A stretch of 35,566 bases of DNA from positions 4,593,391 to 4,628,956 of the forward strand of contig NC_057720.1 of assembly GCF_004010195.1 (NCBI RefSeq). Direction: 5' to 3'. Source of the DNA: Chiloscyllium plagiosum. Lineage: Eukaryota. The position numbers were made by a program, and so were the translations under genes. Every line of letters begins with the position of its first letter. Position 1 is the stretch's first letter. Below, in pieces: positions 10,898 to 21,209 of the stretch. Below the pieces are notes generated by a model, which was not told the origin of the DNA, ran no database searches, and saw nothing but the letters and a program-made list of their open reading frames with translations.

Positions 10898-11121
10898 CAG
10901 GGCGACAACCGTATCCGAGGAATCGTTTTCCTTGGTTTCAGTTACCTGCGGTTCACCGCGGCCGGAACATATTATAGGGAATGTTCTGGAACCAGGGACC
11001 AGGAGGCTGCCGGGAGGGTTCGTTTCCCATTTAAATGAATGGGTTTGCGCTGACCTGTAGTTTTGAGCTTCCACGGTAGGCCCTGGAACGTATCCTCTGT
11101 GGGTATGGGGGGAATCTACTG
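10898..11121. mobile_element. Tc1/mariner pogo-Tigger-type MITE
   Basis: Right end ggaacgtatcctctgtgggtatggggggaatctactg|TA, with a degenerate left TIR. A second copy lies at 25229-25752. Confidence 0.72.
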
Positions 11122-11306
11122 TATTATACATCTGGGCAGCAGGTGAAGGTACAATCTCACGCAGTCGTTATGATGTAGCAACACAAACGTATTCAGTAGC
11201 AGAATGCTGCTGTCAAGCCAACTGAACAAATATAAATTTCAGTCCCATTTGATGCCTGGTACGCAGGCTGTGCACCTCAATGATCTGTATCAAAGAACCC
11301 ATCCCA

Positions 11307-11520
11307 CAAGACCATGAGACATAGGAGTGGAAGCAAGGCCATTCGGCCCATCAAGTCAACTCTGCCATTTAATCAAGGCTGATGGGCGTTTCAATTCCAC
11401 TTACCCACACTCTTCCCATAGCCTTTAATTCCTTGAGAGATCAAGAATTTATCAATCTCTGCCTTGAAGACATCCAACGTCCTTGCCTCCACTGTGCTCC
11501 GCAGCAATGAACTCAACACC
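11307..11520 (-). mobile_element. CR1 3' end
   Basis: VEARTLDVFKAEIDKFLISQGIKGYG, then 3'UTR and a (tatggtct)-type tail. Confidence 0.8.
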
Positions 11521-11599
11521 CTTTGGCTATTTGCATCAGGCGGGGTATTTAACATCCTTTGCCAGCCAGTACTTACAAAGCTCAGAACATAATGACTAA

Positions 11600-12290
11600 C
11601 ATTGTCATACAAGGAGCAGTTGAGGACTCTGGGTCTGTACTCAATGGAGTTTAGAAGGATGATGGGGATCTGACTGAAACTTACAGAATTATGAGAGGCC
11701 TGGATACAATGGACATGGAGAGGATATTTCCATTAGAATTAGAATTAAATTTTATTGTCATGTGTACTCAAATATAGGAATACCAGAGTAAAGTGATAAG
11801 TGTAACCAGTCGCCATACTGTGGTGCTATCTTGGTTACAAAATCAGAATTTTAAAAACAGCATCAGAAAAAAAAACAAGAGGTAAAAGATAAGGAAATAT
11901 CCAGATCTTAAAGTCTAAAGGCTTATCTCCATAAAGGTATTTGGAATGCTCAGCCACCAATGCAGGCACGTGGGCCTAGTAAGAGAGACTATGAATCCAA
12001 GGGCACTGCCTCAGAATGAAAGGATACGCCTTTGGAACTGAGATCAGGATGAATTTCTTCAGCTAGAGGGTGGTGAATGCATGGAATACGTTGCCACAGA
12101 AGATGGTGGTGGTTAAGTCATTGAGTGCTTTTAAGACAGCGGTAGATAAGTTATTGGTTAATAAGGCGATGAAGGATTACATGGAGAAGGCAGGAAAACG
12201 GGACTGAGAAACATATCAGCCATGATCGAATGGTGGAGCAGACTCAATAGACTGAATAGCCTAATTCTGCTCCTATAGCTTACTGTCTTA
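11600..12290 (+). mobile_element. CR1 3' fragment interrupted at ~11735-11975
   Basis: SYKEQLRTLGLYSMEFRRM, then NFFS.RVVNAWNTLP after the insertion. Confidence 0.75.
11735..11975 (-). mobile_element. Short retroposon with a Rex1-type 3' tail
   Basis: Minus-strand end gtacacatgacaataaaatttaattctaattct matches the tail of the Rex1-like LINE (gtacacatgacgataaattcaattc). Confidence 0.55.
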
Positions 12291-12444
12291 CATGAGATTC
12301 CGTGTTTGGACACCATTTTCTGAACAGTTCCAAGAATGCTAAGAATTGAAATAGGAACAATTTATACTCATCAACAAAGTAGGTCTTGCAAAGTGATTCA
12401 TTTACGTGTGCTAAAAATTATGTATATTTACACTCAAGGGCCTA

Positions 12445-12600
12445 GAGTCATAGAGTCTCTTAGCACAGAAACAGACCCTTCATTCCAATCCATCTGCACC
12501 AACCAGACACCCCAAACTGACCTGGTCCAATTTGCCAGCATTTGGCCCATACCCCTCTAAACCCTTCCTATTCATATATCCATCCAAATGCCTTTTAAAT
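12445..12600 (-). mobile_element. CR1 3'UTR
   Basis: Minus strand atttaaaaggcatttggatggatatatgaataggaagggtttagaggg...ctctatgactct. Confidence 0.75.
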
Positions 12601-12602
12601 GG

Positions 12603-12863
12603 TGGGCGGCACGGTGGCACAGTGGTTAGCACTGCTGCCTCAGCGCCAGAGACCCGGGTTCAATTCCTGCCTCAGGCGACTGACTGTGTGGAGTTTGCAC
12701 ATTCTCCCTGTGTCTGCGTGGGTTTCCTCCGGGTGCTCCGGTTTCCTCCCACCATCCAAAGATGTGCAGGGTCAGGTGAATTGGCCATACTAAATTGCCT
12801 GTAGTGTTAGGTAAGGGGTAAATGTAGGGGTATGGGTGGGTTTCGCTTCGGCGGGTCGGTGCA
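12603..12863 (+). mobile_element. HE1 SINE (3' truncated)
   Basis: tRNA head with A and B boxes, plus V-domain. Confidence 0.88.
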
Positions 12864-13166
12864 CATTTCCAGCAACACATTTCCAGCTTTTATCAATTAG
12901 CACCTGAAAATGTTTGAGTCTTATTAAAATATGGTTTTGGATACTGAACCAAATGTTGAAGAAGTTTTTTTTGCAACTAGTAAAATGAATGACAAGTTTG
13001 TGTGAAGCTTAGTGATGGCAGCAGATTAGAGGTGGATTAAATTAGACCTTGAACCACACAGATAAATTCTTGTCTCTATTGTCTCCTTCGCTTTATGACA
13101 TTACCAACGAAAAGACCAATAAAGAACAAAACTCTACTGGCACTGACAAAAGAGAAGTAATGAAAT

Positions 13167-13483
13167 GGGCGGCACAGTGGCACAGCAGTTAGCACTGCTG
13201 CCTCACAGCGCCTGAGACCCGGGTTCAATTCCCGCCTCAGGTGACTGACTGTGTGGAGTTTGCACATTCTCCCCGTGCCTGCGTGGGTTTCCTCCGGGTG
13301 CTCCGGTTTCCTCCCACAATCCAAAGATGTGCAGGTCAGGTGAATTGGCCATGCTAAATTGCCCGTAGTGTTAGGTAATGGGTAAATGTAGGGGTATGGG
13401 TGGGTTGCGCTTCGGCGGGGCGGTGTGGACTTGTTGGGCTGAAGGGCCTGTTTCCACACTGTAATCTAATCTAATCTAATCTA
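13167..13483 (+). mobile_element. Full-length HE1 SINE
   Basis: gggcggcacagtggcacagc head, gggttcaattccc B box, V-domain and (aatct)n tail. Confidence 0.92.
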
Positions 13484-13782
13484 TAACCCAAAGGAGAACA
13501 TCTGGTTTCTATGGTGAAGGTAACCCCACACAATGCTGCTATGGTAGAGGTTGGAGATTGTGACACAGAGCCATATTATCATGTCAGGATGGAGTGTGAC
13601 CGGGGAAGGGGCTAGATATTGATAACAATCCCATCCTGGAGGTAATGGCTGTTGAAACCAATGGCTCAGGTTAAAGGGAGAAACTAGAAAATTATCCCAG
13701 ATCATCGTCAGTGACTTACATGATGCTTTCTGTACCTGTTTAATCCACAAAGCACTAGCTCACGAAAAGAAACTTTACTGGT

Positions 13783-14166
13783 CCATGAACACCAACTAGC
13801 CACGAAACGCCACATCCAGCTATCCTTAGTAGCCACACACGCAGACGACAAGCAACATGTATTCGACTGGGACAACACTACCATTATAGGGCAAGCCAAA
13901 CAAAGAACAGCCAGGGAATTCCTAGAAGCATAGCAATCATCCACAAACTCTATCAACAAACACATCGACCTGGATCCAATATACCGGCCACTACAGCGGA
14001 CAGCTGAAACTGACATCCGGAAGCGGCAGGGACAGGCCACTATAAATGCCGGAGGAAACACCACAGAAGCGCTTCACAGGAGGCTCCCAAGCACTGAGGA
14101 TGTCACCTAGACAGGGGACGAAACGTTTGCAACAAAAATTTCCAGCTCGGCGAACAGAACCACAAC
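13783..14166 (+). mobile_element. Penelope-like element 3' end (GIY-YIG C-terminus plus pLTR) with 13-bp TSD
   Basis: HEHQLATKRH...HVFDWDNTTIIGQAKQRTAREFLEA*...SINKHIDLDPIY. TSD aaactttactggt at 13770-13782 and 14167-14179. Confidence 0.88.
14091..14130 (+). ncRNA. Minimal type I hammerhead ribozyme motif in pLTR
   Basis: gca-CUGAGGA-u-GUCACCU-agac-AGGGGAC-GAAAC-GUU-ugc. Confidence 0.7.
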
Positions 14167-14289
14167 AAACTTTACTGGTGAATTTGGAAGAATATTTCAC
14201 TATTTTTAATTTGCTGCACTTTTAGTCCATGATTTGCTGCAAACACTGTAGTTCAGAATTTTCATCCAAATCCATAGATTTATGTAGTG

Positions 14290-14630
14290 TTCATGTACAC
14301 ACCCAGAATCATGTACACACAGTCAATCATACACATATTTTGAATCATGTACACACTCTGAATCTCGGTCACAATTTGAATCATGTATACACCCTGAATC
14401 ATGTACATACGCTGAATCATGTACACACCCTGAATCATGTACACTCTGAATCATGTACATACGCTGAATCATGTACACACCCTGAATCATGTACATACAC
14501 TGAATAATGTACACACTCTGAATCATGTACACACCCTGAATCATGTACATACGCTGAATTATGCACACACCCTGAATCATTTATACATTTTGAATCATGT
14601 ACACATTCGAATCATGTACATACTCTGAAT
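14290..14630. repeat. 18-bp minisatellite (tgaatcatgtacacaccc)n, about 18-19 copies
   Basis: Read directly from the sequence; produces LNHVHT-repeat ORFs. Confidence 0.95.
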
Positions 14631-15004
14631 TATCCCTGGAGGTTAAACAAGCATATGTCCTAATGCATAATTCACTCTCACAATCAATCACTGCAAGACT
14701 GTTTTGAGCAAGTGATGTCCAAAACTCATTATTCATGGTAGTTGCATCATTCCCAGCAAAGTTTGGCAACAGAAAAAGACAGAATTATGCACTAATTTAT
14801 TTAAAATAATTCATCACTTTCCCTCCCGCATCTGAACATCTTGATAATTTGCTTCAATACAGATCTCAGTCAAAGATCATATTTCTAACTCTAAGTGCTA
14901 AAGTAATGTTTCTTTCATAAAGTCTGGAATGGAATGCCAGTCTATCTATAGCACTTAGGATACTATAGGTGCTAAGTATAGTATTGCAGGTCAACCTGCA
15001 GATC

Positions 15005-15380
15005 TCTAGGTCAACTAAGGACGGGCAATTAATGCTGGCCAGCCAGCAATGCCCACATCCAACAAGTGATTTCAAGACAGGTCTTGGTCCTGATGACCAT
15101 GACAGCTATCATTGGATATTGGCTGTTCTTACCCAGTCTGGCCTACTCATGACTTCAGACCCACAGCAATCTGGTTGATTTTGAATTGACCTATGAAATG
15201 ATGAAGCAAGACACTCAGTTCAAAGTTTCAAAGCAGATCAAGAAGGCAGTTTTCTAATGAGTAATTGCTTGCTTTCTATATTTTGCCAGGGATTTAGCTT
15301 GTTGCTGGCAAAGCCAGCATTTGTTGCCCATTCCTAAATACCCTGAATGGAGTATTTTGCCCATCCAGTTCAGAGGAGAG
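15005..15380. mobile_element. Cluster of fragments of the L2-tailed SINE/LINE (both orientations)
   Basis: gggcaattaatgctggccagccagcaatgcccacatcc and, further right, the reverse-orientation gccagcatttgttgccc. Confidence 0.55.
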
Positions 15381-16140
15381 TTGATATTTTAATCATTGTG
15401 AAAGTTTTCCAATTATGTATTTTGAAATGCAATTGTACTGTTTCCATGAACATGCAATTTACAAAATCAAATGCTGCTTCCAAAGTAAGTATTTTAGTTC
15501 TGCTGTTCAAGAAAAATAGGAGTAGTGTAAATGTAAAACAATTGATTCGTTTTACATCTATTCATGGCACAGAATGGTCCTTTGTTAATCAGCTTCCCAT
15601 CCCATTACCAATGTGCAAAACTCACCATGGGCTTGAAGGCAGGGTGAGGTGTGTCTCCATGTTTGTAATTCTATCCAACATGATAGTAACAGCTTTTAAT
15701 CTGATACAGTTTTTCCTGACAATATGCTTTCAGTTACATTGTATGTATGGTTATGTTGCAACCAATTTCTTGATGAGATTACAACTCTGGCATGGAAACT
15801 GCAACAAAATCAAATCCAGATGAAACTTTTCTTTTAGAATTCATTCATAGGGTGTGGGCGTCACTGGCTGGACCAGCATATACTGCTCATCTCTTGAGAT
15901 GGCGATAGTGAGCTGACTTGTCAGAAATATCAATGAAATGTACAATTCAATTACTCTTCATCACTCTTCTAATCTCCAGTGGAAATTAGCCTCGCCTGTC
16001 CATCCTTTCCTTAGAAAACAACTTGCTCATTTAAGGGTAACAAATCACCACTGAAACTGTTCTAATACTTTCCAATTCTTCCTTAAATATAGGGACTGCT
16101 ATGTGTCAGACTTAACCCCCTTCAAATATATCAAGGAGAT

Positions 16141-16458
16141 GGACAGCACGGTGGCACAGTGGTTAGCATTGCTGCCTCACAGCGCCAGAGACCTGGTTTC
16201 AATTCCCGCCTCAGGCGACTGACTGTGTGGAGTTAGTACATTCTCCCCGTATCTGTGTGGGTTTCCTCCAGGTGCTCCGGTTTCCTCCCACAGTCCAAAG
16301 ATGTGCAGGTTAGGTGAGTTGGCCATGCTAAATTGCCCGTAGTGTTAGGTAAGGGGTAAATGTAGGGGTATGGGTGGGTTGCGCTTCGGCGGGTCAGTGT
16401 GGACTTGTTGGGCTAAAGGGCCTGTTTCCACACTGTAAGTAATCTAATCTAATCTAAT
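16141..16458 (+). mobile_element. Full-length HE1 SINE
   Basis: Head, V-domain and (aatct)n tail. Confidence 0.92.
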
Positions 16459-16557
16459 AACCTAGACCCTAAATTTTATCTTGTTGACAGGCAAGTGTAA
16501 GGTGCTGTGCTCTAGATGTAATTTGATTGGTTACACTACTTGGCTTTAAACTAAACT

Positions 16558-16993
16558 TTTGGATGTAGGTTTGCTCACTGAGCTTGAAGGTTCATTTCCA
16601 GATGTTTCATTACCTTACTAGGTAACATCTTCAGTGGGCCTCAGGCGAAGCAATGCTGACAATTCCTGTTTTCTATTTATATGTTTAGGTTTCTTTGGGT
16701 TGTCTATCAACAAACACATTGAGTTAGACCCCATCTACCACCCCTGAGAAAAGGAACAGGAAGTGACTTCACCACAGGAAATAGCATCACCACAGGAAAT
16801 GACATAACCAACCCAAATAAACCCAAACATATAAATAGAAAGCAGGAATTTTCAGCATTGCTTCGCCTGAGGCCCACTGAAGATATTACCTTGTAGGGTA
16901 ACAAAACATCTGGAAATGAACCTCCCAGGCCAGCGAGCAAACCTACATCCAGAACCTCAATCTGAGCTCCACATCTTCTCAAAACTTGCTAAA
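16558..16993. mobile_element. Penelope-like insertion: inverted pLTR (16558-16703), then GIY-YIG tail and direct pLTR
   Basis: SINKHIELDPIY at 16703-16740. 16560-16703 is the reverse complement of ~16810-16952. Confidence 0.82.
16598..16637 (-). ncRNA. Minimal hammerhead ribozyme motif
   Basis: cca-CUGAAGA-u-GUUACCU-agua-AGGUAAU-GAAAC-AUC-ugg. A decayed plus-strand partner lies at 16874-16913. Confidence 0.62.
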
Positions 16994-18372
16994 ACACACT
17001 TTATTCTTACTCTACAATTAAAATACAAACAAAAGGAAGAAGAATTCGTATAATGTTAACTTTATTAGAAAACTTAACAGAATAATAGATTATTTAACTG
17101 CAAAACAGCAACTGTTCCATTATAGTAACATTCCGTAAACAACGTTTGGTGAAAGCAACATCAGTAATACAGATTGTGTCACATACAACTCTGGCAGAGA
17201 GAGAAAACCCAACCTTTTAGCTGAAGCAGAGAGAGAGATGTAGCTGTTTCCGTAACCAACTTCAAAACCCCAACAACTACTGAAAACTAAATGGAAGCCC
17301 TGGTTTTGTGGGAGTCTGACTTCACCCATTCATGCTGTTACTGTTCCAACTTTAAAAAAAAAACCAAGCCTTCGCAAGCTGTTTATTGGCTTCGAATAAA
17401 GAGCTTGATACTTATGGCTCAAAAACTGTCTTCAAGAAAAAAGGACAAAATGCAATCCTTAAAGCTATAGTATCATCACAGGGACCAAAACCACTCTCAC
17501 TATTTAACATATGATCTTTCCAATATTCTATCCAATTGAGGCATAACACCTTGCTTTTTATATTCAATTGTTCTTGTACTAAAGGACACCATTTTATGAG
17601 CCTTCTTAATTCCTTGCTATTCCTACATACTACCTTTTTGAGAGTCATGTACAAGATTCCTATGTTCTGTAGAATTTTGCAGTCATTATCCACGTAACTA
17701 ATACTGTTTGTTTTGTCTTTCGGCCAAAATGAACAATTTTACCTTTTTCACATTGCAATCCATCTGCTAGATTTTTTTGCTCACACACTTTCCCATCGAT
17801 TCTCATCTTTAATCCCCTTGTGTCCACTTTGTAACATAATTTCTGAGCAGTCTTTATGTCATCAGCAAATTTAGCTCCCAGGCTTGTACTCCCTTCATCA
17901 TTGTCGTTGATGTAAATTGTAGAAAGTAAAGGCCCCAGCACCTGATCCCTATTTGTCATATTAGACAAAGATCTATTTGTGCACACTCTCCTGTTTTCTG
18001 CCAGCCAGCCAATTTATTATCCATGTTAACATGTTTATCCCTACACTAATTAGAGTTCTTACTTTGCACAATCAGATTGGATGTGGAATCTTGTTAAATG
18101 CCTTTTTGGAAATCCAAATGGAGTGCATCGACATGTTTCCCCTTATCATCTCAATCATGTCCCCTTGCAATCTCTCCTTCTGTCAGAAGAACAACCCCAA
18201 TCTGTCCAATTTCTCTTCACAACTGAAACTCTACAGCTGAGGTAACATCCTGGTGAAGCTCCTCTGCACCCTCTCCAGTGGAATCATATCCCTCCTCTGA
18301 TGTGCTTTCCAGAACTGCACACTATACTCCAGCTGTGGCCTAACCAACTTTCTATACAGTTCCAGCATAACT

Positions 18373-19148
18373 TTGCCGATGATACAAAGTTAGGTGGACA
18401 GGCAGGTAGTACTGAGGAAGTGGGGAGGCTGCAGAAGGATCTAGATAGTTTGGAAGAGTGGTCCAGGAAATGGCTGATGGAATTCAATGTGAGCAAATGC
18501 GAGGTCTTGGGAAAAAAGAATAGAAGCATGGACTACTTTCTAAATGGTGAGAAAATTCGTAAAGCAAAAGTACAGAGGGATCTGGGAGTGCTGGTTAAGG
18601 ATTCTCTAAAGGTAAACATGCAGGTTGAGTCCGTGATTAAGAAAGCGAATGCAATGTTGTCAATTATCTCAAGAGGGTTGGAATATAAAAGCACCGTTGT
18701 GCTACTGAGACTTTATAAAGCTCTGGTTAGGCCCCATTTGGAGTACTGTGTCCAGTTTTGGTCCCCACACCTCAGGAAGGACATACTGGAACTGGAGCGT
18801 GTCCAGCGGAGATTCACACGCATGATCCCTGGAATGGTAGGTCTAACATACGAGGAACAGCTGAGGATCCTGGGATTGTATTCATTGGAGTTTAAAAGAT
18901 TAAGGGGAGATCTAATAGAAACTTACAAGATAATACAAGGCTTGGAGAGGGTGGACACTAGGAAATTGTTTCCGTTAGGCGAGGAGACTAGAACCCGTGG
19001 ANNNNNNNNNNNNNNNNNNNNNNNNNNNNNNNNNNNNNNNNNNNNNNNNNNNGAGTTGAAATGCCCATCAGCCACGATTGAATGGCGGAGTGGACTCGAT
19101 GGGCCGAATGGCCTTACTACCGCTCCTATGTCTTATGGTCTATGGTCT
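18373..19148 (+). mobile_element. 5'-truncated CR1 (RT C-terminal half to tail), contains a gap
   Basis: ORF 18300..19151: FADDTKLGG...RPHLEYCVQFWSP. (tatggtct)n tail; taact repeated at 18368 and 19149. Confidence 0.92.
19002..19052. other. Assembly gap (N run)
   Basis: N bases. Confidence 1.
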
Positions 19149-19214
19149 TAACTCCTCTGCTCTTCAGTTCTATCCCATGGCTCATAACATGCTTCCTGGT
19201 CACTCATCCCTCCA

Positions 19215-20876
19215 TTATAGACCAGTGAGCCTTACTTCTGTTATAGGAAAGATTTTGGAAAGGATTATAAGAGATAAGATTTATAATCATTGAGCAAGCA
19301 ACAATTTGATTTCAGATAGTCACATGGTTTGGTCAAGGGCAGATCGTGTCTCACAAATCTCATTGAGTTTTATGAGAAGGTGACCAAGCATGTAGATGAA
19401 GGTAGGGCAGTTGACGTGGTACACATGGACTTCAGTAAAACCTTTGATAAGGTTCCACATGGTAGGCTGTTGAAGAAAATGCAGAGGCATGAGATTGAGG
19501 GTGAGTTAGCAGTTTAGATTAGAAACTGGCTTTCTGAAAATATTCAGCCTGGAGTCTGGTTACTAGTGGTGTGTCACAAGGATCTGTTTTGGGACCATCG
19601 CTGTTTGTCATTTTTATAAATGACTTAGACGCAGGCATAGGTGGATGGATTAGTAAATTTGCAGATGACACCATGGGCGGCATGATGGCTCAGTGGTTAG
19701 CACTGCTGCCTCACAGCACCAGAGTCCCAGGTTCAATTCCAGCCTCGGGCAACAGTCTGTGTGGAGCTTGCACATTCTCCCCATGTCTGTGTGGGTTTCC
19801 TCTGGGTGCTCCGATTTCCTTCCACAGTCCAAAGATGTGCAGGTTAGGTGAATTGGCCATGCTACATTACCCAGTGTTAGGTACATTAGTCAGCGGGAAA
19901 TGGGTCTGGGTGGGTTAACCTTTGGAGGTTCAGTGTAGACTTGTTGGCCTGAAAGGCCTGTTTCCACACTGCAGGGAATCTAATCTAATCTAATCTAATC
20001 TAAAGTTGGTGGAGTAGTGGACATTGTGGAAGAATGTTACAAGTTGCAGGGGACTTGGATAAACCGCAGAATTGGGCTGAGAGGTGGCAAATGGAGTTCA
20101 ATGCAGCTAAATGTGAGGTGATGCACTTTGGGAAGAATAACAGGAAGGCAGAGTACTTGGTCAATGGAAAGATTCTTGGTAGTGTGGATGTGCAGAGGGA
20201 TCTTCAAGTCCATGTACAATAGATCACTGAAAGTTGCCACCCAGGTGGATAGTGCTGTTAAGAAGGCATACAGTGTGTTAGGTTTCATTCATAGAGGGAT
20301 TGAGTTCCGGAGCCACAATATCATGCTGCAACTATACAAAACACTGGTGCGGCCACACTTGGAATATTGTGTACAGTTCCGGTCGCCATATTTCGGGAAG
20401 GATGTGGAAGCATTGGAAAAGGTGCAGAGGAGATTTATCAGGATGTTGCCAGGTCTGGAGGGAAGGTCTTATGAGGAAAGGCTGAGGGACTTGAACCTGT
20501 TCTCATTGGCAAGAAGAAGGCTAAGAGGGGATTTGAAAGAGACATACAAGATGATTAGAGGATTAGATAGGGTAGACAGTGGAAGTCTTTTTCCTAGGAT
20601 GATGATGTCAGTGTCTACGAGGGGGCATAACTACAAATTGAGGGGTGATAGATTTAAGACAGATGTCAGAGGCAGGTTCTTTACTCAGTTACTGGTAAGG
20701 GCGTGGGATGCCTTGTCTGATAATGTAGTCGACTCAGCCACATTAGGGAGATTTAAACAATCCTTGGATAAACACAAGGATGATTTTGGGATAGTGTAGG
20801 GGGACGAGCTGAGAATAGTTCACTGGTCAGCGCAACATCGAGGGCCTGTTCTGCGCTGTACTGTTCTATGTTCTAT
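19215..20876 (+). mobile_element. CR1 (RT domain to tail), decayed, with HE1 inserted in the FADDTK codons
   Basis: YRPVSLTSVIGK, GRSCLTNL, QGSVLGP, FADDT|K, RPHLEYC; (ttctatg) tail. Confidence 0.92.
19675..20003 (+). mobile_element. Full-length HE1 SINE
   Basis: Head, V-domain and (aatct)n tail. Confidence 0.9.
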
Positions 20877-21209
20877 CACATGGAAAAGCTTCTTCCTATC
20901 TACCCTAACTATATCCCCATTTACTTTCATACATCTCCATCATGTCCCCTATCAATCTCCCCTGCTCAAAGGAAAACAGCCCCAGTTTGTCCGATCTCTT
21001 TTCATAACAGAAACCCTCCAGCCAGGCAGCATCCTGGTAAATCTCCTCTGCCCCAGTGTTATCACACCCCTCCCCTAATGTGGAACAGCATCAGTTAAGC
21101 TAGCACACCATTATTTCTCTGACTATTTAGAGGCTGCAAAAACTGCTTAAGATTCTTTAGAATTCTGATGGGCTGAAGAATTCTAAAATTTGTAAAAAAA
21201 AAAGCCCAC

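Larger units (their letters stand above)
16097..17480 (-). mobile_element. Solo LTR (about 630 bp net) with nested HE1 and Penelope insertions
   Basis: TG...CA ends (tgctatg/catcaca), 5-bp TSD gggac at 16092-16096 and 17481-17485, minus-strand aataaa near 17000. Confidence 0.7.
15930..18372 (-). mobile_element. Old CR1 fragments hosting the solo LTR at 16097-17480
   Basis: ORF 17660..17986: VLGPLLSTIYIND...AKFADDIK. The host sequence gggac|caaaac rejoins across the LTR. Confidence 0.7.

Noticed and set aside
13167..13240. tRNA genes at HE1 and other SINE heads
   Set aside because: The A/B boxes run into SINE bodies, so these are tRNA-derived heads rather than tRNA genes.
14229..14628. His-rich repeat protein or CRISPR-like array
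   Set aside because: Pure tandem repeat with no unique spacers, with a frameshifting unit, in eukaryotic DNA.
15347..15823. 158-aa ORF
   Set aside because: No recognisable domain, begins within a repeat fragment, and has non-coding-like AT-rich composition.
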